From positions 1 to 64,000 of the IMG/VR virus record IMGVR_UViG_3300017917_002918: a stretch of DNA of 64,000 nucleotides; one strand, written 5' to 3'. This DNA comes from a virus. Both the position numbers and the translations under genes were made by a program. The notes below the pieces were generated by a model. The model saw only the letters and a program-made list of their open reading frames with translations. It did no database searches and had not been told where the DNA came from. Shown here piece after piece: positions 39,069-48,589 of the stretch; positions within the stretch are counted from its first letter, which is position 1; each line of letters starts with the position of its first letter.

Positions 39069-39731
39069 CTACTTCTTACTTTTGATTTCTTTAAACTTGC
39101 TACACGTTATTATATTTTGATTACTAACACTAACTTCTTCCTGAATCCTACCTTCTACTGCTTTGTTTAGTATACTACAGTTATTTTTTAATTTAGAGCA
39201 CTTGTTACATTCATTTTCCATAAACAAATTCAAATCATTTAAATCTTTAAATATTCCGATATACTCAACAGGTGTTATAACCATTTTTATATGGGGATTT
39301 GAGCCATTATATGTAATACTATTAACTCTTTCACATGTAACATTATCATCTTCCCATATTTTACCACTTGAAGTTATACCGTCTAAAATCTCCTTCCAAT
39401 AATTGTTAGCATCCATGTCAATTCTAGGAAAAACGAAATTTGCATCTATGTAAAAATGTTGATAATCATTAGGCACTAAGAACCATCCTTGTTTCTTGAC
39501 TTCATCCTTAACATACTTTACAAATTGTTCTTTAAATTTTTTAGCATCGGCTGTAGTATACATTGATATTTGAGGGCGTAATTTGCCATTAACCTTCATC
39601 ATAAACGCACGAGGTTTAATATAATGATTGACCCCTTCTGGAATTGACGATGTTAATGTCAGCTTGCAATCTAGCTTTTCATAATAATTATCACTAATCT
39701 CTTTAATTTTTTCTTCAATTTTACTACTCAC
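39069..39731 (-). CDS. rusA: RusA-family Holliday junction resolvase
   Basis: DANNYWK.ILD...W.DD motif; C-terminal Cys cluster. Confidence 0.75.
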   Translation of the reverse strand: MSSKIEEKIKEISDNYYEKLDCKLTLTSSIPEGVNHYIKPRAFMMKVNGKLRPQISMYTTADAKKFKEQFVKYVKDEVKKQGWFLVPNDYQHFYIDANFVFPRIDMDANNYWKEILDGITSSGKIWEDDNVTCERVNSITYNGSNPHIKMVITPVEYIGIFKDLNDLNLFMENECNKCSKLKNNCSILNKAVEGRIQEEVSVSNQNIITCSKFKEIKSKK

Positions 39732-39780
39732 TAAATTATCACATCCTATATATTATCATATTTTAATTACTAACTAACTG

Positions 39781-40017
39781 CTAACGCTCATTAAAAGCAT
39801 TAACACTCACGAATGGAACTTTTATCACAAACGTATCCATAAACGCTAACAAGCAATCTTCACACAAACAAAACTTCCCTACCAACAAATCAAATGGGCT
39901 GCCATACTTAAATCTCACTTCCATCTGATGCCTCAAATTACAATCCATAATATTCATGTTACCTTGCTCGTCCATTGGTAAAGTATTACCACATTTGTTA
40001 CATGTCAAATTGTTCAT
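39781..40017 (-). CDS. Small zinc-finger protein
   Basis: CNKC...LCEDC. Confidence 0.6.
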   Translation of the reverse strand: MNNLTCNKCGNTLPMDEQGNMNIMDCNLRHQMEVRFKYGSPFDLLVGKFCLCEDCLLAFMDTFVIKVPFVSVNAFNER

Positions 40018-40037
40018 ATGAATCCTCTCTTATTCGT

Positions 40038-40075
40038 TTATAATTTAATTATAACATGGGAAATAAAATTGTCAA
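40038..40075 (-). promoter_or_regulatory. SigA-consensus promoter overlapped by the recurrent TAATTAAATTATRA motif (representative copy)
   Basis: TTGACA-17-TATAAT running into TAAATTATAA; same arrangement near 46262, 51073, 55415, 58330 and 61049. Confidence 0.8.
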
Positions 40076-40128
40076 TCAAAAAATTTAGGAATTATGCATA
40101 GAAATAATATTAATTTATAAATTACTTA

Positions 40129-40707
40129 TTAATTGCCATATGAAATGACATAAATCGTTCTAGTATGTCTACCGAAGTTTGTAGCTTCTTTATCATTACT
40201 TGTGAAAATATCTACATCGTATGTACCCACTCCACTTCCAGTATCCATGTTTGTGTATGTATTAGTAAATCCTTCAATTCTTATCTTTGTCCCATATTTC
40301 CAGTTTTTGCCCATTGCAACTGTCACACCTTCGATTACTCGTTTACCTGAACTGGTTATACCATATTCTTTGTGACTAGGATATTTGCCACATGATTCAT
40401 ATGATAAAGAATACATTGTTACACTACCCTTAAATGACGTAATATAATCGAATAGTGACCTAGTTTCCCTTACATCAAGTGAACGTGATATTGCTGTCTT
40501 TGTAACAGTAGGCATTGCTGTTGGCGTAGGATTTGTCGTTGGTACAGATGTAGTTAACTGCATAGTTATAATTGGTTTTGATGCGTTGTTATTCTTTGTA
40601 TTAACGTTCATTCTCATTGATGTGATTGCAAAATATACAATGTTAATTACCATGAAAATAAGCATTAACCTAGATATACATTTTAAAATAAAAACAGCCC
40701 CTCTCAA
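40129..40707 (-). CDS. Membrane-anchored 3D-domain protein (putative lytic transglycosylase)
   Basis: N-terminal TM, Thr/Pro linker, GITSSG..TVA..GTKI.I..DTG..VDIF..FGR. Confidence 0.8.
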   Translation of the reverse strand: MRGAVFILKCISRLMLIFMVINIVYFAITSMRMNVNTKNNNASKPIITMQLTTSVPTTNPTPTAMPTVTKTAISRSLDVRETRSLFDYITSFKGSVTMYSLSYESCGKYPSHKEYGITSSGKRVIEGVTVAMGKNWKYGTKIRIEGFTNTYTNMDTGSGVGTYDVDIFTSNDKEATNFGRHTRTIYVISYGN

Positions 40708-40765
40708 ATTGCATAATTCCTAAATAAGCAACAATCTATATAATCGAGCAATAATGCTCGTTGTT

Positions 40766-41044
40766 TTAGTTGTTTGACTCAGCAATATCGTCTATTGTTA
40801 TTTGTTGACATTTTGGAATTAATACACTTGCGATCATTGTTTTTCTTATCTTTACATTGCCATCAACGACAAATTCAACGATATAATCTATCTTATTCTT
40901 CTTGCGAGATCTTGTTACCACTTCTGCCTCAAGTCCCTTGAGTGATTCATATAAGTTGCCTATATAGATTACAAGATCTCCGATATTATGCTCATACTCA
41001 GGAACAAGTGGGTTTCTGTTTGATTTCTTTTTAGTTGTTTTCAT
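40766..41044 (-). CDS. Hypothetical protein (SH3/KOW-like)
   Basis: ORF in a co-oriented operon; IGDLVIYIG. Confidence 0.45.
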   Translation of the reverse strand: MKTTKKKSNRNPLVPEYEHNIGDLVIYIGNLYESLKGLEAEVVTRSRKKNKIDYIVEFVVDGNVKIRKTMIASVLIPKCQQITIDDIAESNN

Positions 41045-41050
41045 TATTAC

Positions 41051-41359
41051 TCACCACTCTTCCTTGAGAACATCTTCTATATTTTCCCACTCATAACTAC
41101 TAAATTTATTTTTGTAATTTAAAATATTTTCACCCATATGATTTAAAACATCTAATAAATCAATACATACAGTTGTATGAAATAAAATTACTTTAATACT
41201 GCCTTCCGACAAATAATCATATCCAACGATATTTGCAAATTCTTCTAATCTATCAAATTCCACATGACACCACACTTCTAATTCATCGTTTAATGATTGT
41301 ATATGGTTCTCAGTATAATCTAAAAAGTCATATAGCTTTACGTTTACTAAATCCATCAC
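41051..41359 (-). CDS. Hypothetical acidic protein
   Basis: Co-oriented ORF with RBS. Confidence 0.5.
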   Translation of the reverse strand: MMDLVNVKLYDFLDYTENHIQSLNDELEVWCHVEFDRLEEFANIVGYDYLSEGSIKVILFHTTVCIDLLDVLNHMGENILNYKNKFSSYEWENIEDVLKEEW

Positions 41360-41362
41360 TCA

Positions 41363-41578
41363 TCACTCCTTTTCATCCACGATATCTGCAATATTATACA
41401 AAGCATTTTTGAGATCCCGTGGACAACAGACTTGTGGTAGATTCTCAAATACTTTCTTTATGCGGTTTACCTTTTGTTTAAGAAACTCTACTTCATCTTT
41501 TAAACTTCTCACCTCTTTTTCATCGCTATTGCAAAGCTCTTCCAACAAGTGAACAATTAGCTTTCTCTTACTCATCAT
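41363..41578 (-). CDS. Hypothetical protein
   Basis: Co-oriented ORF with RBS. Confidence 0.45.
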   Translation of the reverse strand: MMSKRKLIVHLLEELCNSDEKEVRSLKDEVEFLKQKVNRIKKVFENLPQVCCPRDLKNALYNIADIVDEKE

Positions 41579-41671
41579 TTACCACACTCCTCTTTGTATT
41601 AATGGATTACATACTGGTCACTTTAAAAATTACATAGGGACTGATACATCCCTATGCTTATTATAATTTAA

Positions 41672-42175
41672 TTACTTGCCACTACTACCCAATGCACCTT
41701 CGCCACGCTCTGAACTAATTGATTTTAATTCTTCATAACCAAGCTCAATAATATCTACTTTGGGTACTGGCAGCAACAATCCTTGACATATTGCTTTGGT
41801 ATATGGATACACTATGTAATCTTGACTCAGCAACTCTAATACTGAGTCGTTAGTTTCTTTTGTTATGATTACAGTTTTATCATTACCATTGTATAAACAA
41901 AAGAATATTTCACCTCTGAAGTTAGAGTCTACGACACCTGCACCTCGCTTCATACTCTTGACTCCTGTGCTCCCCCTCTCCTCAAGCACAAAAACGTACT
42001 CATCTGAAAATGCAGAAGCTATTCCCGTTGGGACTAATCTCGATGTATGTGGTTCGATTACAAAGTGTTCTGAATCGAAACAAGCGTACAAATCGTATCC
42101 TGCATCCCCACTTCTCTTGGAAGGTATTGTTGCATTTGGGTGAACCTTTGCAAAACAAAGCATCGTGTTATTCAT
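41672..42175 (-). CDS. dut: dUTPase (trimeric)
   Basis: AGYDL, RGS, GVVDSNFRGE and RGEGALGSSG motifs. Confidence 0.95.
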   Translation of the reverse strand: MNNTMLCFAKVHPNATIPSKRSGDAGYDLYACFDSEHFVIEPHTSRLVPTGIASAFSDEYVFVLEERGSTGVKSMKRGAGVVDSNFRGEIFFCLYNGNDKTVIITKETNDSVLELLSQDYIVYPYTKAICQGLLLPVPKVDIIELGYEELKSISSERGEGALGSSGK

Positions 42176-42178
42176 AAA

Positions 42179-42376
42179 TTAATTTTCCTCGCTTTCTTGA
42201 GTTATGTACAGTTGACAGCAACAATACTGATTTTCTCTAAATTCTTTACAAGGGCATATATGGTCACGAGTCCATTGTGATTCAGGAATACATGGACACA
42301 TATTTCCTGTAATTTTAAGTCTTGCTCTGATAGCGTCTACTATCTCTTTGTCTGGATTTAAGATTGTTTTCTTCAT
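42179..42376 (-). CDS. Ferredoxin:thioredoxin reductase catalytic-subunit-like protein
   Basis: LNPD..., CPC, CPC and CCC(Q)LY motifs. Confidence 0.75.
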   Translation of the reverse strand: MKKTILNPDKEIVDAIRARLKITGNMCPCIPESQWTRDHICPCKEFRENQYCCCQLYITQESEEN

Positions 42377-42529
42377 AAATTAATATTTACTTCCTCTCAT
42401 ATATTATTATAATTTAATTATGAGACGATGTCAATAGGTTTGAACATCGACTCATAATTATTAAATTTCTGGTAAAAGCATAATTTTATCTTAAAACTCA
42501 ATTCGTAAAACCGTTGGTATGACTGAATT

Positions 42530-43464
42530 CTATCGAACGGGACAACTACCCGAAGCACAAGATTCATTACCAATATCCAATTCCATTTCTTCAACTTCGT
42601 ATTTACTAATTAATGATGGTACAAACGGCTTCATGTCTGCTACACGCCTGTTGTATTCTTCCTCTGTGATTGCTTCGTAAGGAAGCAGTTGATAAAATGA
42701 ATCATCCAATGATATGAATGTTAGCCCAATTACAGTATCCCAGTTGTCATATACCCACTGAACAACACCATCCCATTCATCGTTTTTGACGGAAATAGTA
42801 TTTGATGCGTTATGCTCTACATAGTTTTCCATGAACATTTTATATGTCTCTAATTGTTCAATAGCCGAAACTGTATATTTAGTTCTTCCTTGTGGAGCTT
42901 TAACTGGGAACTCTATAACCTTTGTTTTACAAGTTTCTATGTCTTGACCAACTTCGGGGAATACTGGATATCCTAAATCTTCACAAACTTTGCATAAGGG
43001 ATCTATTGCATTGATCCTAACTCTCCTAATGTAGTATTGTGAGTGTGAAAAGTGTAATCCTGGTGATACAGTCGGCAGTAGGCTCAATGTACCTTCGGGT
43101 TTTAATGCCGTTGACAATAAAGGTTTATTCAATCCTAAGTCTTTGGCATATAATTCTCCTGCTTTTACTGCTATATCACGCAACTCACTTGCTAATTCCA
43201 TCTCGTCTTTTTTTGACATTTTAGTTGCATTTATCATATCTTGCCATCCAGTTAATGAACAACCTAAAAGTCTATCTCTAACCAATGTTTTATTCCATTT
43301 AGGCAGTTCAACCTCAACAGAAGCCATTCTATAACCTGCTCTAGCAGATAGTTTTTGTGCTTCATATAGTTTTTGATTGTCTAATATTCCATCCACTACA
43401 AACGCCATAACATTTACTGTTGTAAGGTTACAGAATTCTTTTGAATCTAAAATTATTTCACCAC
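42530..43464 (-). CDS. nrdJ: Class II (B12-dependent) ribonucleotide reductase, exon 2
   Basis: Begins (C)GEIILDSKEFCNLTTV; contains KPEGTLS; ends CASGSCPVR. Confidence 0.92.
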
Positions 43465-43682
43465 CTATATATTTCCAGTAACAATACTTTTCTGGTAATA
43501 TGTTGGACTATCGCATAGATTATATTAATTTCAATATAATCTCCCCATCACTTAGTCTCTCACGGTCATAAAGTGATTAATTCACACCAAGTAACATGAT
43601 TTACTTGTCGTTCCGCCCTGTCACCTTGTATTAGGTTTCCAAGTCAATCAGATGAGGTTTTAAATCCACATGGTTAAGGTCT
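43465..43682 (-). ncRNA. Group I intron (218 nt, no ORF) in nrdJ
   Basis: P1 AAUCCAU/GUGGAUU; P7 GACTA/TAGTC; terminal G. Removal joins T|GT and restores TNPCGEI. Confidence 0.92.
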
Positions 43683-46035
43683 ATGGATTTGTTCCCTTTG
43701 CGTTCGGATTTCTTTTTAAAGCAGCTTCCATATTGAAAAAGTTACCTTCAGCACTATGTCTGATTGTCTCAAATCTCTTTCTTAATTCATCTAAATTAGG
43801 CTTTTCATAATATGTAACTGAGTTATTGCTCATCATTCTATGAACGATATCTGGATTAGCTGACCATATACCATTTTCATCCATAGTATATAAATTACTT
43901 TTTGCATTCATTACTTCTTTGTCTGTAGAATCAAATAAACACATTTGTGCGCTTCTTCTTGTACCACCAACCACTATACCCTCTGCTATTGAATTGGCAA
44001 TATCCATCGCATCTATTGGTTTAAGTTTTTTATATGATTTATTATTTTTGGTTAATACTTTGTGTATTTTATCAATAATTTTTAATAAAGCATCGTGCCC
44101 AGAACTTTGTCCTCCGAAGGTTTTTAGGCGTTCTCCAAATGGTCTAACACTATCATAATTCATAATAATGTTGTCAATTGTCTGGAAGTCGTTATCATAA
44201 AATACTTTTAAAAATATATCAATTGCTAATGACCACGCATTTTTACTATCCCCAACATTAATTTCTATAACATTACTTATAACCGTATAATCTGTAACTT
44301 CTTTTCTTTTATGTTTGGGTAATCCTCTATATGGTTGATGAATAAGTTGAACATTCCCTCGTACTTTTGGAAGTTGCGATACAAACTTATCTTCCACAGA
44401 AAACCCTACACCGCAACCCAACATTAATAAATAACATATGTCTTTATATGCTTCGAATTCGTCAATTACTAAAAAACTGCAATTGTGTGTATGTATGCCA
44501 GATGTTAATGTAAATGAATTAGTTTTAGACTCAATTATGCAATATGTTTTTTCAAAATCTCCATTATAATTAATTTCTTCTACTATCCAATCTCTTTTTT
44601 CTGGAATTGTTTCTTTTAACAAATCATTCCAATCATGAGGTATGTATTCTTTAAATATTGAAAACGTATACGGATTTTCATATTCTCCATAATTCGAATT
44701 TGTCCTCACCGATTCAGTAACTTCTGAAGTAGGCATGCCAATCATTTCAAACAATCCTCTTATGTATTTAACTTCTTCTTCTGTTCTTTGTGTAATTCTT
44801 ATACTAGAACCGACTCTGCCATCAGTAAGCAATAATCCATATAAAAATCCCTTAATATACTGAACATTCATTGAAGTATCAGGTAATTTCTTCCATGTAT
44901 TTGGCAATTGTCTAACCATAGTACCATCCACAGTCTTATCATACCAAGTGTCTTTTGAGTAAAAATATTTTAATAGTTCTTGTTTGTGACCAATTAGTTT
45001 TACTAAACAATAATCTCTTTCTTTTTCTAGATTACCGTCGCCATAAACAATCCCATGTTGAATCCCTATTGGACACATATCTATTTTAGTTTTACAGTAA
45101 GCAGTCCTCATTTTTAGAATACTTCCAATTTTTAAATCTTCTGTTTTAATTTCTATATAATGAGTATCTTTTGGAAATTTACGAACAAACCATATGTGAT
45201 TTTTCGTAGTTTTTATTATTTTGGTAGTTTTAGTACCTTTTCTTCTGAGTTTTATTTCTACAATTTCATCTTCATCAAAGTGCTTGACTTTGGCTTCACT
45301 CCATCCACAATTGCCATCTAATATACTTACTAGTTCTCCATCTTTACAGTCTTTGAATTGACGAATTCCACCTTTACTCAAGAACTCGGTGTCTCCCGTA
45401 AAGCAATTAAACTGAGAAGCTGGGTTTGCGTAAGAAGCTTTTGTGAAACCGCTCCAAAGCGATCTACCTGACAAAAATTGTTTCAAATTAAACATATTGT
45501 CAAACAATTCTTGAGCTTCTTCCTTCGTAACTCCATCTACTAATCCACAGTTAAACTCTACAGCTCGTCTACAAGTCTCCCACCAATATTCTCTTCTCTT
45601 TTGCTCTGGCAACCACCTAGAATATGTTCTATAATAAACAAATTCACCAAGTGGTGTCATTGGACTAGGTTTATGTTTGTATTGGCTTATAAACTCATCA
45701 TCTAACAATTTGTATTGTGATTCAGTATCTTTATTCTCTTCCCTATTTTGATTCCTGAACTCTCTAAACAATATGTATTTCTTTGCAACATCTTTTCTAT
45801 TGCTACCCATTAACTTCTCTTCAATCATGTCTTGAATCTGCTCAACTGTCTTGATTTCATCATTCTCTACAATTTCCTTCTTAATTGACTCTGCTATGCG
45901 TTTGGATAATTTCTCATCCACGCCATCAATCGTTTCACTCATTGCTTTATTGATCACATTCACAATTCTACTAAAATCAAAGTCAACTATTCTGCCGTCA
46001 CGCTTATGTACACTACTCAATACATTTCCCTCCAC
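43683..46035 (-). CDS. nrdJ: Class II ribonucleotide reductase, exon 1 (ATP cone; contains an intein)
   Basis: ATP cone (KRDGRIVDFD); YYRTYSR, LSGRSLW, GCGVGFS and GGTRRSA motifs. Confidence 0.92.
44482..45405 (-). mobile_element. Intein with LAGLIDADG homing endonuclease (308 aa) in NrdJ
   Basis: Starts CFTGDT; block B TTKNHIW; GIVYGDG and GLLLTDG motifs; ends HTHN before Cys+1. Confidence 0.92.
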
Positions 46036-46050
46036 ATAATCATAATTTAA

Positions 46051-46230
46051 TTACAGTACATTTACTTCCCAATCATCATAATACAATAGTGTTTCAGCAA
46101 TCCATACGCCTTCTGCCATTTCATATGTAAATAAAAATGATTCAGAATCATATCTAGTAAGTATTCCCTTGTATGAAATACCTGCATTAGATTTAAACAC
46201 TATCAATGTTCCCTTTTTATCATGTCTCAC
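46051..46230 (-). CDS. Hypothetical 59-aa protein
   Basis: GTG start with purine-rich RBS, downstream of a consensus promoter; below the ORF-track cutoff. Confidence 0.5.
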   Translation of the reverse strand: MRHDKKGTLIVFKSNAGISYKGILTRYDSESFLFTYEMAEGVWIAETLLYYDDWEVNVL

Positions 46231-46319
46231 AAAAAATATCCCCCTTTCAACAATTTTATTATTATAATTTAATTATAACATAAATTATAAATTTGTCAAG
46301 AGAGGGATAAAGTATGAAG

Positions 46320-48563
46320 TTATTTGGAGCGAAGTAATTCACCTAGAAATGTGTTTCGATTAAAATTGACTTTCTTTTTCAACGCTGTATTTATTGTTTT
46401 AACATCTCCAAAATGATAACATCTTATTCTAGCTCTAGTTTGTGCTACATACATTAAATTTGAGTTAAGCATAAATGTATGTGCTTTTGGTGTAACCATT
46501 ATAACTATTGGTATAGAGCTACCTTGACTTTTGTGTGTAGAAATAGAATATGCTAGTTTTAATTGTTCTGCTGATTTCTTATCATACTCAATTAATTTAC
46601 CATCAAACTCAATTATAATAGATTTGTTGTTGATGTCTTCGATTCTGCCTATTTCACCATTTGGTACAAAAGTAACATTATCTTCCTCAAAAGCTTCTTT
46701 GTTAGGTTCATATATTTTTGCTTTATAATTGTTTGATGTTTGAATAACTAAATCATTTTTGAAAAAGGTAATATCACCAATTGTCAAACCCTTACCAAAC
46801 ATTGATTTTGCATTTGCAACTCTTTGTAGATGATTGTTGATGTTTATAGTACCATACAAGCCTTTATTATAAGATGACAATACTAATATATCTTCTGCTT
46901 TTCTTCCCTCTTGTAGTAGCTTTTTATATAAATTTACAACCTTGTCAACTATAACTTCTTGTTCAGAAGGTATGAAAACGTAACCTTTGTCCTCGCCGAA
47001 CATTTCAACTTTACCTGTATCAGCTAAGAACTTCTTTGATAATCTAGTATTAGTAGCTACAGTCATTAACCCACCAATACCATATCTGAATATCTTACTT
47101 AATGTTGTAGTTGGTACTAAATTTGAATTCATTAAGTCATGTAAGCTATTTCCAGCCCCCACTGAAGGGATTTGTGCATTATCTCCAATAATTAATAATT
47201 TAGTTCTCTTAAAGTCAATAGCCTCTATTAACCTTTTCATTAAAAATACATCAACCATTGAGAATTCATCAACAACAACAACGTCTTGGTAAAATGGCAT
47301 TAATTCATTATGAGTCCAATCATCTGGAGGCATATACCCTAACCCTCTATGAATAGTTGATGCAGGAGCATTTGCATAACCTTGTAATGTCAATGATGCT
47401 TTTCCTGTTGGTGCTAACAATATTGATGTTTTATTATTATCTTTTAACATTTGCAAAATAGTTGTTGTGGTATATGACTTTCCTGAACCGCCTGGACCAT
47501 TTAATATACAAATATTGAATCTACACAACTTTTCTATCGCACTGAATTGTTCATCGGTTAAATCATTGTTTGAATATCTACTCAAGTCGATATTCCATAT
47601 AGCATTATCTTTTAATCCATCTTTAAGTCTATTTGCTATGTATAATTCGGTTTCATATGTTGATTTTAATGCAACAAACTTTTTACTATTATCAATATGA
47701 ATATGTTTATCATTTTTAACTATATCGACAAAGTGATTTACACAATCAGGAGTTAATTTATTACACGTAGATCTTAACTCTACTATATCCATTTTTGTAT
47801 GACCATTTTTCTCATTCTCAGATAAGCAAAACATTATACATGCCTTACATCTTTGTGCCGATGTTCGCAATTCGTATCCAAAGTCAATAATTGGTTCTAG
47901 ACCTTTTTGAATATTTTGTTTTGATTGTCTTTCTAATGTTAATAATATCGTATCTGCTTTTATAAATGCAACACCTGATAAACCACATAAGCACTTATAG
48001 GGATCATTTTTTAATTCATTCTTCAATTTCTTTAAAGAAGGATATTTTTTATATATTTTCTTCAAAATAGACACATCTAATAATCCTTGAAATTCTTGTA
48101 TTAACTCTACTAATGCGAAATTATCTATTATTTTATTTTTAATTACATTAAATATGTATTCCTTGATGTGTGGTGTTTTACTCAGATCAATATCATCTAA
48201 TCTATCATTTGTCACTCTATCTACGATATCAGGATATGCATTTAAGATTGAATCCACTTGTGTAGGAGTTAGTAATTCTGACAAAAACAGCCTACTATCG
48301 TCTAGTGTTTGGGGTCTATCTCTTTTTATATTTAAAATTTTATATTGTGCTCCATATGCTCCATTTTGAAGTTCTGCTTTAACATTGTACGATATGTCTA
48401 AACCAAGGTCATGTACATTACCAAGTATTGTAACATTATCATATTTATTTAATTTAATGTTTGGATATTTGGTGGAGTCGACAATTGCACCGTAAATCTT
48501 AAAGTTTTCTCTATTACATATGCACACTCGTGGTGTACATTCAAATTCCACTATTTCTGCCAT
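46320..48563 (-). CDS. recD2: RecD2-like SF1B helicase
   Basis: GPGGSGKS, LAPTGKA, DEFSM, GDNAQIPSV and AYSISTHKSQGS motifs. Confidence 0.92.
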   Translation of the reverse strand: MAEIVEFECTPRVCICNRENFKIYGAIVDSTKYPNIKLNKYDNVTILGNVHDLGLDISYNVKAELQNGAYGAQYKILNIKRDRPQTLDDSRLFLSELLTPTQVDSILNAYPDIVDRVTNDRLDDIDLSKTPHIKEYIFNVIKNKIIDNFALVELIQEFQGLLDVSILKKIYKKYPSLKKLKNELKNDPYKCLCGLSGVAFIKADTILLTLERQSKQNIQKGLEPIIDFGYELRTSAQRCKACIMFCLSENEKNGHTKMDIVELRSTCNKLTPDCVNHFVDIVKNDKHIHIDNSKKFVALKSTYETELYIANRLKDGLKDNAIWNIDLSRYSNNDLTDEQFSAIEKLCRFNICILNGPGGSGKSYTTTTILQMLKDNNKTSILLAPTGKASLTLQGYANAPASTIHRGLGYMPPDDWTHNELMPFYQDVVVVDEFSMVDVFLMKRLIEAIDFKRTKLLIIGDNAQIPSVGAGNSLHDLMNSNLVPTTTLSKIFRYGIGGLMTVATNTRLSKKFLADTGKVEMFGEDKGYVFIPSEQEVIVDKVVNLYKKLLQEGRKAEDILVLSSYNKGLYGTININNHLQRVANAKSMFGKGLTIGDITFFKNDLVIQTSNNYKAKIYEPNKEAFEEDNVTFVPNGEIGRIEDINNKSIIIEFDGKLIEYDKKSAEQLKLAYSISTHKSQGSSIPIVIMVTPKAHTFMLNSNLMYVAQTRARIRCYHFGDVKTINTALKKKVNFNRNTFLGELLRSK

Positions 48564-48589
48564 AATTACCTCCAGTTTTTATAATTTAA

